Of a DNA stretch of 64,000 nt, positions 34,331 to 45,525 are shown piece by piece. The first letter of the stretch is position 1, and every line of letters begins with the position of its first letter. The position numbers were made by a program, and so were the translations under genes. The notes under the pieces are model-generated. The model searched no databases, had not been told where the DNA came from, and was given only the letters and a program-made list of their open reading frames with translations. Source of the stretch: Octopus sinensis (Eukaryota); NCBI RefSeq assembly GCF_006345805.1, contig NC_043000.1, positions 22,506,001 through 22,570,000 on the forward strand, given 5' to 3'.

Positions 34331-36155
34331 TTCACAAGACTTTGGTCAGCCCAGGGCTATAATAGAAGATACTTGCCCAAAGTATCATGCAGTAGGACTG
34401 CACTTGAGACCACATGATTGAAAAGCAAGCTTCTTAACCACACAGCCATATATGTATATATCTATGTGTGTGTATATATATTTATATATTTATATATGTG
34501 ATTATAAGATTAATTCTACAGGTGTTGGAAGCTTCATCATTTTTGAGATATTCATTTCCAGTTTACATTCGACTTTATGGAGAAGATTCTGCTTCATAAA
34601 TTCCAATAACGAGATACGTTGTGAGACTTATGATATTGAGCAGCGAAGTTTTGAGATAGTTAACTAGAGTGCATGCATCAATCACTCATCCATACCCCAG
34701 GGAGGTCGTAGGTGTATAGAAAAAGCCATGACCCTCTTTCTCCATCTTTCTCAGCTATCAGCTTAACTCCCGTTATATGTCTTCTACCTTCATTCCTTGG
34801 TGTTGCTAAAATACTCTTTTTTTTTTTGCGTGATTTTATATACATATATTTTGTTTGTTTTTTTTCTCTCTTTCTTTTAAGCCGCTATTCCTCAAAGGAG
34901 TTGATATAAACAAAATAGTTTAGATAAAACAAAAGTAGCACAAGTTTCTGTTCTGCATATATGAAATTAAATTACTATACTTTGATATTAAATTTCTAAG
35001 AAGGATGGAGCTGGGCAGAAATTTGTCGAACACTAAACTAGATACATTTTGGTTATTAAATTTCTGATTTCCTTTTTGTTATCATAAATGCTTTTATATT
35101 CTTATTGCTTTTTTAGAAATGACCTATATTGAGAGAGAGAGAGGAATACAATCATTTTCAATGGAGATGCTTGTAAACTGATTTTGATCCATTTTATTGA
35201 TTTTTGTTTGCTAGCCTGATTGAGTAAGTCCAGTTTTGTTGCTATATGAGTGTAATAAGTGTCAATGTTGAGTTGGCTACCTCTGTGTACTAACACCTAT
35301 ATTTTCACACAGTTCTTGTTCTGTTGACTCAGAGCAGTAATTTCTGGCATCTGTTTTCAGTTGACTACAATCTACTATTTCTGTACTTTAATTATAAATT
35401 ACTTGCTCTTTCTTTTCTCTCTCGATTGTGCTATTTTATTTTAGTCTGGCAAGCCAAATGCAGCAAAGTTATTTTGCTACACTTGGGAAAGACAAGAACG
35501 ACACAATAGTTCATTTCCACCTTTCTTTAAATCAAATACATATATCTAGTAAAAAAGCAGGGAAAAAATAAAAGAATCTATTCATGGCTGTGTGGTTAAG
35601 AAGCTCGCTTTAGGACTATGTGGTTTCTGGTTCAATCTCACTGCTGGCATCTTGAGCTAGTGTCTTTCTTTTACCCAAAGATGATCAATGCCTTGTGAGT
35701 GAATTTGCTAGATGGGTGCCCTTTGTTTGTGTGTATGTTTACATATACATGTGGGTACGTATCTGCTTGTGTTCCCCCCACCACTACACATTGCTTGACA
35801 ACTGGTGTTGATTTGCTCAGCTTAACTCTTCAAAGTGGCGCCCCAGCATGGCTGCAGTTTAACAACTAAAAACAAGTAAAAGATAAAAGACCCCTTACAA
35901 ATGAGGCATTTAGTAACAGACTGTTGTAAGTGCCACTACTTAAAAACCGAGAAAAACAAAGTCAAAGTCTCGTGACTTTCAGAATGCGATATCTTGGCAA
36001 GGCATGAAATTAGGAAGCTGGTTTTGGTCTTAAAATGACCGTGAAGACCCCCTCTAGTCATTCCACCTATGTAAAATAATTTATTTATGCATGCATCTGA
36101 AAGATGAAACAATGACTGTGTTTTTCTCATTTTATGGAACATACTGGTACTATGT

Positions 36156-36480
36156 GAGGTGCATGGCTCAGTGGTTAGAGCATCGAGGTTACAATCGTGA
36201 GGTCATGAGTTCGAATCCCGGACCGGTCTGCGTATTGTGTTCTTGAGCAAGACACTTTATTTCATGTTGCTCCAGTTCACTCAGCTGTTGAAATGAGTCA
36301 CAGGTGCCAAGCTGTATCGGCCCCTTTGCCTTTCCTTTGGATAACACTGGTGGTGTGGAGAGGGGAAGCCGGTATGCATGGGTGACTGTTGGTCATCCAT
36401 AAACAACCTTGCCTGGACTTGTGCCTGGGAGGGTAACTTTCTAGGTGCAATCCCACGGTCAGCCATGACTGAAGAGGGTC
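36156..36480 (+). mobile_element. tRNA-derived SINE with clear Pol III A and B boxes
   Basis: A box tggctcagtgg, B box gagttcgaatcc; actggtact repeated on both flanks (possible TSD). Confidence 0.9.
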
Positions 36481-37042
36481 TCAGCAACTGGTACTGCGAA
36501 ATGGTGTATCGCATTGCATATTTTAGCCATAATACCTTAGAGACCCCTGCAAAGGTATTGTTTATGTTTTAATATAACAAGGTAAGTATCTTTAAGAGAT
36601 AAGTAAGACAAGATAAGATAATAGCCCATTATTATTACAATGGTAACAAGGAATTTAGAAAATGAGCCATAAATCTTCGAAAAGCGATACAGGGACCACA
36701 CCAAAGTTATTGATTGAGTTTGTGTGCTTACGATGGTGTGTTACTAAACTCTCTGGTCCGAGTTTGGGTGAGCAAGCGTTGAGGTACAATTTTTACAGCC
36801 GGATTTTTGACCTTATTGCAAGCCTCACCAGTTCTTCCTCCCAACTTTTTCGGATTCTAGTCGTCGAGACAAAGAAAATGATATCCTAATCTCGAAAATG
36901 GCCAGGCTGGTGCTTACAATACTCTGTTACTAAATGCCTCAAATATAGTAAATATCAATTAGTTCAATTTTTCCTAATGAATCATATTCATCTGTGTGAT
37001 TTAGTGTTGGTCACTTTCAGAGAGATAGAGATAGATAGATAT

Positions 37043-37545
37043 ATTTCTTTATTAACCACACAGGGCTGAACATAGAGGGGACAAATTACAAAGCAGATCT
37101 TTTCTTTTTGGGGAGAAAAAAAAAAAAAAAAAAATAAAATAAAATAAAAAGGGAGGTAGGTTTTCGATCAAAAGGAATCATAAAAAGAGGGAAAAAAACG
37201 ATCAATAGGGATCGTGTATCATAGAAATGTCATGATGTAAAGTGTAAAGGGGGCAGCAGATAAGGTTTATCTGTGGAAAGAAAAGCCTGCGGAAAAGACC
37301 ACGGTAACCTCGGTCAATAATGTCACATGTTAACACATATATTTGCAAGTAACTCTGTTTTTAATTTTTCCAGGTTTATAGGATTATGCTCAAGGTGGCT
37401 TCATCATTCATACGTGCCATCCTTGCTACATTCACCCATCTTTTTTTGTCGCTAGACAAAACTTGCCTCTCTACTCTCACTTTCCTTTTCAAGTGATACT
37501 TGAAGAAGTTGTTGAGAGATTGACCAGAGAGGAAAGTGTTTGTCT
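37043..37545 (-). mobile_element. L1/Tx1-like LINE 3' fragment
   Basis: C-terminal peptide FFKYHLKRKVRVERQVLS…KRWVNVARMARMNDEATLS; 3' UTR ends …gtcccctctatgttcagccctgtgtggttAATAAAgaaat. The clade call rests on resemblance only. Confidence 0.6.
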
Positions 37546-38334
37546 CTAATTGATAGATAGATAGATAGGGAGGTGGTGGGGAGATATCTATCATATATTA
37601 GAATAGTTTCCAGCTTTTCTTTGTGTTCATGAGAGAATTGAAGCTGTCACGAGGCTGCATGCAAGCTTATGCAATCACCCAGCTGTTTAGTATTGAACTG
37701 TACTTTTCTTTGGTACCTATTAAGACAAACGAATCATTACTAGGGGTTAGGAAAGGAACTATTGACTCGTCAAGCTAGTAGGCCAGTATTTTCATTAGTA
37801 GGCTAATATTCAATTGATCCAGCCAGCTATGACTGGTTTATTAAAATTTTTCTTTTTCTTTATTTTGGTTTTTGTAATGAGGTGAAAGCAACAGAGCTTT
37901 TGTGGTTTGAGAAATTATAATGTCAATTAAACTAGTTAACAATTTTGATTGCTTGCTAAACGAATTTACATATTTCTTTGTGCATTGCATTTCCAGGCCA
38001 TCTTCTGTGTCACAAGCCATTATTAAGTAACAGAAAGGAAAATAAATTATATTTCCTCTCGTTATAATGCATTATCGAAACCTATTTTTTTCACTTCAGT
38101 TTTTATTATATTGACTCTTGTTGACACAGGACGCTTTATAATTGTAGTGCTTCCTCTAATTTTAGTTTTGTATTCAATTCTACTCTTAATCTCATTCATA
38201 ATTTAGCAGAGTGGAGTTGTTTTCTGGTGAGAGGCTTTTTTTCATCTCAGCTCCATTGAATGAAATGAAAGGGTTTGGTTTTAAGGTTGAAACTGTGAGT
38301 GAATTTTGGTTGAGGGAAACTGAAGTAAGCCCAA

Positions 38335-38660
38335 TCATCATCATCATTGTTCGACCGTGGTCGAGACAATGGAATTTACCATGTTGCGCCAGACTTCACG
38401 GTCCATCATAGCATTACGGAGGTCCTGTTGCTGGATGCCTGTATCCCTGGAGATTACATCAGGGTAGGAGAGTGTGCGCCCTCTGGTGTTGCGAGTAGAT
38501 GGCTTCCAGAGGAGAAGAGTAGAAATTACTTCTTTTTCAGCTCTACAACAATGTCCAGCAAACTGGACTCTCCTACCCTTCACAAGAGATGACACAGGTG
38601 GTAATTTCCCATATATTTGCATTTTAGTTGGATGGCGCCTCCACGAGAGATTTTGAAGCC
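38335..38660 (-). mobile_element. RTE-like LINE 3' fragment (third family)
   Basis: IYGKLPPVSSLVKGRRVQFAGHCCRAEKEVISTLLLWKP…MMDREVWR; (ATG)n tail. Confidence 0.8.
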
Positions 38661-39324
38661 CAATACACACACAAGTGTGTGTGTGTGTGTATATATACAT
38701 GCATACATATCAATCAAAGTGTACAGTATTATATATCCATTACAGCTGATCTTAACAATCGGTTTCACACTAAGGATTCAACAGAGTATTAAGTAACAGT
38801 CTGATTATGTAACCTTGTACTCATCAGAGGTAGCTGTTATGAAATGAAATATGGTGACTGCTCTCTATTGTTGGAGGTGAATAAACACATCTGGTGCAGA
38901 AAAAAATCTTTTTCATGAAGCAAATTGAGCAGGGGATTGAGTTAAGAGGGGTGGTTTGTTGCAAGTCAGCAAGAGTTTTATATTTATATATATATATATA
39001 TAGATATATATAAAACAATACACATGCACACACACACACACACACATACATGCTAAGTAAAATCATGGCCGTCCATTCATACAGGCAAGTCCTCTACATC
39101 CCTCTATCAGCTGAGAGATCCTAAGCATCCAGTGCACTCTGTAAAGTGGTTTGTTTTAGGAAGGGCATTCAGCAGCAGAAACCATACCAAAACAGATAAC
39201 TGGAGCCTGGGCAGCTCCCCAGCTAGCCAGCTCCTATCGAAGCATCCAGCCCATACCAACGTGGAGAACGGATGTTAAATGATAATGATGGTGACTATAA
39301 AGTTTGGGTACATGGGAAATAGCA

Positions 39325-39670
39325 CTAATATTCTTGTGGAATGGGTTCCTCACTCACCAACCAGATATCAGTCCCCTTGGCCTCTTTTTCTGGGGTGTAC
39401 TGAAAGAGGAGGTCAAATTGACAGACGTGGAGTTACTGCGTTGGGTTTATGTGAATCTCACAAAATGCATCAAAATCTACATCACTAATGGTGGTAACCA
39501 TGTTGAAAATGCTATTCATTGATGTAGTTGAATAAAATTATTGAACATAGGCATTTCCACTTATGCATCCAGACTTTATGGTCACTGTATATTTGCGTAT
39601 CTGTTATTTTTTCAGCACATGAATTTTTAAAACATCAATTTATTAGTTGCATTTGTTATTTTTGTTCTCC
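39325..39670 (+). mobile_element. Tc1/mariner transposase C-terminal remnant
   Basis: Frameshifted EWVPHSP-DISPLGLFFWGVLKEEV (WPPxSPDLxPLDFFLWG motif) and NGGNHVE C-terminus. Confidence 0.75.
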
Positions 39671-39759
39671 TGGTTTGGCCTCAATCATACAGATCAAAAG
39701 TGATTTAGCCATAACCAGTCCATCCTTTTCTCAGGCAATATTTATTGAGGACAAGGCCA

Positions 39760-40155
39760 TGAGCTGGCAGAAATGTTAGCACGTTGGGCGAAATGCTTAG
39801 TGGTATTTCGTCTGCTGTTACATTGTAAGTTCAAATTCCACCGAGGTCGACTTTGCCTTTCATCCTTTCGGGGTTGATTAAATAAGTACCAGTTACGCAT
39901 TGGGGTCAATATAATCAACTTAATCCGTTTGTCTGTCCTTGTTTGTCCTCTCAGTGTTTAGCCCCTTGTGGGTAGTAAAGAAATAGGTATTTTGTCTGTC
40001 TTTACGTTCTGAGTTTAAATTCTGCCGAGGTTGACTTTGCTTTCATCCTTTCGGGGTTGATGAATTACATACCAGTTACATACTGGGGTCAATCTAATCA
40101 ACTAGCCCCCCCTCCCTCAAAATTTCGGGGCCTCGTGCCTAGAGTAGAAAAGAAT
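39760..40155 (+). mobile_element. Type-A SINE nested in a type-B SINE
   Basis: After the tail aaagaaata (39985) the sequence resumes at ggtattttgtctg and ends in a type-B tail. Confidence 0.85.
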
Positions 40156-40576
40156 ATTTATTGAGGACAGTTGTAGGAAATTTAACTGAACATTTTTACT
40201 GTAGGAAAATTTGCTATAAGGAATTTAGTTTCAAATGATCTCATCATGTATTTTTAATGTTTGACATTGAACAAAGACTTATTTAATGCTTTTATAAAAC
40301 CTTTTATCATTAATTATATTTTTCATTAAAATAAATTCTGATATAATACACTATATCATTGTCCATTCGGAAAATTTGTCTTATGTGAATTTTCCTATGC
40401 AGCGAAATTTCTTATGGTGAATTTTCAGGACACAGTTGAGAACTACACTATTATTGTGTCCCTCTCTTTTCAAGTTGGAAGAGTACAATTTGTTGGTTGT
40501 TTTGCTGCTATTTCTAGCAGATCGATTGACTATATACAGGCTTCCTCATTGGCTCAAATATATATTAGTTATACAA

Positions 40577-40902
40577 ATGGAAAAACAAATGGCCATTCAA
40601 TATGGATGGTTTGAAGATTTAGACTGAGTGTATAATGAGTTAAATGCAGATGGTGTTATAGTACTGTAAGCGTAGATGGCATTATGGCGCTTGCAGAACT
40701 TGATGGTACCTGTGGCGGAGGTGAACCAAAGAAAGCTTTGAAGTCTGAGAAATCAAATCTAAGAATTTTGGTCATCTCAGATGAGATGATGGTTGGTTGG
40801 GATGAATAAGAAGATATATTGAAAGCTCACCCAACCTATATCAACAGAGAAAACCCAACAGAATGTGATATGATGATGATACACACCAATTTGATTGAGT
40901 GA
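40577..40902 (+). pseudogene. Decayed ORF of about 108 codons, unknown product
   Basis: MEKQMAIQYGWFEDLD*VYNELNADGVIVL[-1]SVDGIMALAELDGTCGGGEPKKALKSEKSNLRILVISDEMMVGWDE*EDILKAHPTYINRENPTECDMMMIHTNLIE*; AATAAA near 41105. Confidence 0.5.
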
Positions 40903-41274
40903 TTGATTTATTGGTATGTTTTACTTAGATATTGCTTTCCGCAAGAATTTCTTCCTTGAATTCCTCTTTGATTGTTGGGCATAACAATTACAGCTGTTTT
41001 TTTACAACTGCTTTACAAGTTGATGTTTTGTCATATGTAGTTGTTATTGTTGTTAGCATACAGCATTTGTTGTTGTTGTAGTGGACACAGCATGTGCAAA
41101 AAAAATAAATAAATTGGACCTTATAGGATCTTTTCTAGCGTTTCTTCTGGCTTTAAATTTTGAATCAGGCATCAGTTGAGCACAGGGGTTGTTGTAATTG
41201 ACTAGCCCTCACCCCACTTTTTATTTCGGGCCTTCTGCTTATAACAGAAAGAATTATTATTATCATTATATATG

Positions 41275-41830
41275 GACACTGAGCTGACAGCATCATTAGC
41301 ACAACAGGCAAAATGCTTAGCAGTATTTCTTTATTTACATTCTGAGTTCAAATGCCGCTGAGGTTGACTTTGCCTTTCATCCTTTCAGGGTCGATAAAAT
41401 AAGTACCAGTAAAGTACCCTAAAATTTCAGGCGTTGTGCCTATAGTAGAAAGGATTATCATTATATATGGACAGCAAGTTGGCAGAATCATTAAAATGTT
41501 TGTAGTATTTCTTCCTGCTCTTTACTTATGAGTTCAAATACTGCTGAGATTGCTTTTTACCTTTCAACCTTTCAAGATCAATAAAATAAATACCACTTGA
41601 GTACTGGGGGTCGATGTCATCGCTTATTTCCCTACCTCCAAATTTCAGGCCTTGTGTGTAGAAAGATTATTATTTATATTATTGTTATATAAAGGCAGTG
41701 ACAGAACATTAGAGGAAGGTCAACTTTGCCTTTCATCCTTCCAGGATTGATAAAATGAGGTACCAATCAAGTTCAAGTCCCGGGGGTTGATTTAATTGAC
41801 TTCTTTCCTCCCAAATTTCAAACCTTGTGT
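41275..41830 (+). mobile_element. Cluster of three type-B SINE copies or fragments
   Basis: Repeated head/body gactttgcctttcatcc with type-B tails. Confidence 0.75.
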
Positions 41831-41831
41831 C

Positions 41832-42200
41832 TATCATCATCATCGTTTAACGTCCGCTTTCCATGCTAGCATGGGTTGGATGGTTTGACTGAGGGCTGGT
41901 GAACCACATGGCTGCACCAGGCTTCAGTCTTGATCTGGCAGAGTTTCTACAGCTGGATGCCCTTCCTAATGCCAACCACTCTGAGAGTGTAGTGGGTGCC
42001 ACCGGCACGGGGCCAGTCAGGCAGTACTGGCAGTGACTTCGCTCGAATGTTTTTACACATGCCACTGGCACAGGTGACAGTAAGGCGATGCTGGTAACAA
42101 TCACACATGAATGGTGCCTTTTACGTGCCACCGGCATGGAAGCCAGTTAGCTGCTCTGGCAACGATCACACTCAGATGGTGCTCTTTGCACCATTAATAC
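41832..42200 (-). mobile_element. RTE 3'-UTR copy
   Basis: Reverse complement of the tail plus modules. Confidence 0.85.
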
Positions 42201-45200
42201 TCTTTAGGGCAGTGCATTGGCAGAACCATTAGAGCATTGAGCAAAATACCTTGTAATATTTCTTCTGTTTCTTTTTTTTTTTTTTGTTTTTTTCTAAGTC
42301 TAAATCTGAGTAAGGTTTGACTTGAACTTTATCATTCATCCTTCTGCATTTGATAAAACAGAATACCAGTCAAGTACTGGAGTTGATTTAATTGACTACA
42401 CCTATCCCCTAGAGATTTCTGACTTTGTGCCTGTGTTAAAAACAATTACTGTTAGTATTCATTACTGTTTTCTGTTAGCTTTATTATTCTTATTTATCCC
42501 AGCTCTACCCTATACTGTTTCTGTCTCCATCCAAACACAACCACTATTGTTTACATGATAGCTGTATGTTAGTAAGAAATATATGAGACACTTACAGAAT
42601 TGATAGCTACATTTCATACATGCAGGTGTATTTCTAGCTCAGTTCTAAGTCAGTTGGGTTACCAGGAGCTGATCTTGCTCACTGTCTACTTCACACATGT
42701 ACTCTTTTCATCCTTTTCTTCCTACATTCTTCATATTGACTGAGTTTGGTTCAGTTTCCTCAACCTGCTTCCAAATGCCTAACATGACAGAATCCTCTTT
42801 TTGGTTCTTTTCCCAATCATAATTAATTAAATCACCCCCTCTTTAGTTTGCTTAAAATTCCAAACTCTTTTATCAACATTAGAAATATCATCTGTCAGAA
42901 AATAACTAATTAAAAAAAAAAGTTATTAGAGCAGAGAAAAGTTTTTCCCAATTAATTAAAGGTTAATGTTTATATTAAATTATATAACTTAGCTGTAATT
43001 ATCTGTTTCTATTTTATATTGTTTGTATTACTTTTTCCCTAATATTTTGGCAATAACCACAATGAAAGTTGGCAATAACTATTTTCTTGTCTATGTGCCA
43101 CATATTAATTTATTGATTGTTGTGTGAGAGGATTCAATCTCAGTGATGGAAACCCATCAAATTACTTGTGAATTCTCTCCTAGTTTGGTTCTCCACCATC
43201 AAATTGTTCTCTTTATTTTCTCACTTGTTCAGTTGCCAGGTAACTGAGGGAAGAGTCTTGTTGAATAGCCAGTCACGTTTGAACAAATCTATGGCATAGG
43301 CACATGCCATGCTTCAGTCTAGTTTAGTACATTTAGTAGTTCATTATGTGGAGTGTTGTGGTGTAATGTGACAGTCTAGTCATGTAGTTACTGCTTTCTG
43401 GAACACTATATTTAAATATGATTGAAAGGAGTGATTAGAAACTTTTTCAGAATCGGCCATTTTGTAACGAAATGCAAGTTCAACTCTCTCCAACCAAAAG
43501 GTTGATATTTTATATACTAGTTGAGTAAGTCCTTATTTATCCTCCTCCTCCCTCTCACCCCCCTCATCATCATCATTTAACCCGTTTTCCATGCTAATAT
43601 AGGTTGGATGGTTTGACAGGATCCAACAAGTTGAGGGTCTATGCTGAGCAGCGATGCCTGCTTTGGCATGGTTTCTATAGTATGATGTCCTTCTTAATGC
43701 CAGCCCTTTATAAAGAGAGCAGTGAGAGCGCTTTTTGTAACAGTAGCACTAGTGAGGTCATCGAGTAATCTGCTAGAAAAGAAAAAAAAAAGAACCCCTT
43801 CTTGACTGAGAGGGGTTGTAGTAGAGAAGGAGGTATTATTCTGCTTGGTGTCAAGAGGTTGTAGTGTGATAGAGGGACAGACACAGAGTTCTTATAGAAG
43901 AGATACATGGCTACTCCACATTATATAAGAGTCGATGGGAATAGATACAAAGAAGTTAAAGATGATGGCAAAGTGTCAGGGCCTAGTCTCAAGGTACAAG
44001 AAAAGTGGTACCGAATCAATCAACTTCAGTTAATTAAAATTAAATTACATTTGCCTTAGTGACAAATGTTATTCAAATCTGATCAAGGAAAAAGGATGAC
44101 TACTCTGGAATATATATATATTTTTTTTGACCTTTTAACCAAAGAAAGAAGGCTAGCACTCAGGATCCTTAATTTTTTTCAGGGTTCCTGAAACTCATTT
44201 GGTGAAGATGTGTGGCATAGTGGATAAAATGTTACACTCTCAATCGCAAGATACTGGTTTCGATTCCTGGACTTGGCAGTGTGGAGTGTTCTTGAGCAAA
44301 ATCTTTCCTTACACATTGCTCCAGTTCACTTAGCTGTAAATAAGTAACCATGCACCAGATTGGCATCCTGTTCAGGGGGGAATGTTGCGATCTTGGTCAC
44401 TTATACACCATGGAAACCAGATAACTGGCTTGATGAATGCTATGACTTGAGACTATGATTTCCAGAGGTTGGTGAAGGTAATGATGATGATGATACTGAT
44501 TAGAAGATGGGAGGAAGATATCCTCAAACTTGAGACATGATTTGAATGTTAATGACTGATTGAACTCCACTAAAGACACCGAGGGATCAAGTGGTCATGT
44601 TAAGATTAAGTCTGCTGCCCAAAATCTCAGAATGTAAAGTGGTAGAACAGCTGCTGCAAGGCATTCCTATCTCATGCTCTGACAGTTCTGCCCAGTCACT
44701 GCTCTCTACCCTTACTTTATTTTATGAAAGACAAAGACGACTTCTTTGTGATTTGAACTTGGAGCACAGAGAACTAGAACAAATACATTGTCTTATAATA
44801 AGCCCACTGGCTATCTGTGACACCAGTGCCTGATGAAGCACTGATATATTACTAATGGAGAAATCACTATTGTCTCTAGCTTTCAGGCATTTACCACTGA
44901 CAAAGATGAAATCACACGATCTCATAATCCTAGCACTGATGGTAGAGGATTATCTCCTGCTAGTGATATAAACAGGAATGCCTATATGCACTACAAGTCC
45001 AGATGAGAAGTTCTCTCGTGGTAACTATCACAGTATCCTGTGTTCTAACACAACATCTACTTTTAAGTGGGGATAAATATTACATTAATTAATATCTAAA
45101 TTATCCATGCAACAGGCAGCTGAAAACTGTAGTTCAAGGAGTAACATTAATTTAATCTATCTGATCTCTTGTATGAATGGTGATGACTCTGGATACGTTC

Positions 45201-45296
45201 CAGTTTTACTGAACTTTTTTAGATGCCAAATTTTCTAATTTCATATCTAAAAAATAACCATAGCCTGTGGTTGGTAGATCCAGTAATAAAGGATCA

Positions 45297-45525
45297 TTAA
45301 CCCTTTCGTTACTGTATTTATTTTGAGATGTTCTGTGTTTCTTTCAATTACATTAAATATAACAAAGAATTTAGTAAAGTAACTTAGTTATCATTCAGCT
45401 ATTGTTAGGAACATAAATTGGGACTATGGTTTGGTGGAAGATTTTAATTCAGAACTTTTGAAAACAACACATTTGTATTACAGAGCCAGAGGCGGTTTAA
45501 GCTGGGTTGGTAATGAAAGGGTTAA
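45297..45525 (+). mobile_element. TTAA-type MITE family B
   Basis: TTAA-ccctttcgttac…gtaatgaaaggg-TTAA. Confidence 0.85.

Noticed and set aside
36156-36230. tRNA gene
   Set aside because: The tRNA-like head continues into a SINE body with no acceptor stem or Pol III terminator, so it is a SINE, not a tRNA.
36855-36910. gaga…tctc GAAA tggcca resembling a hammerhead
   Set aside because: There is no CUGANGA box and no NUH triplet.
44560-45000. Possible ancient endonuclease remnant (also protein-like stretches at 1100-1300, 11300-11420, 26820-27260, 35100-35500, 47700-47880)
   Set aside because: Motif matches are too weak and stop-ridden to call by eye. They are probably old LINE fossils, but this is unverified.
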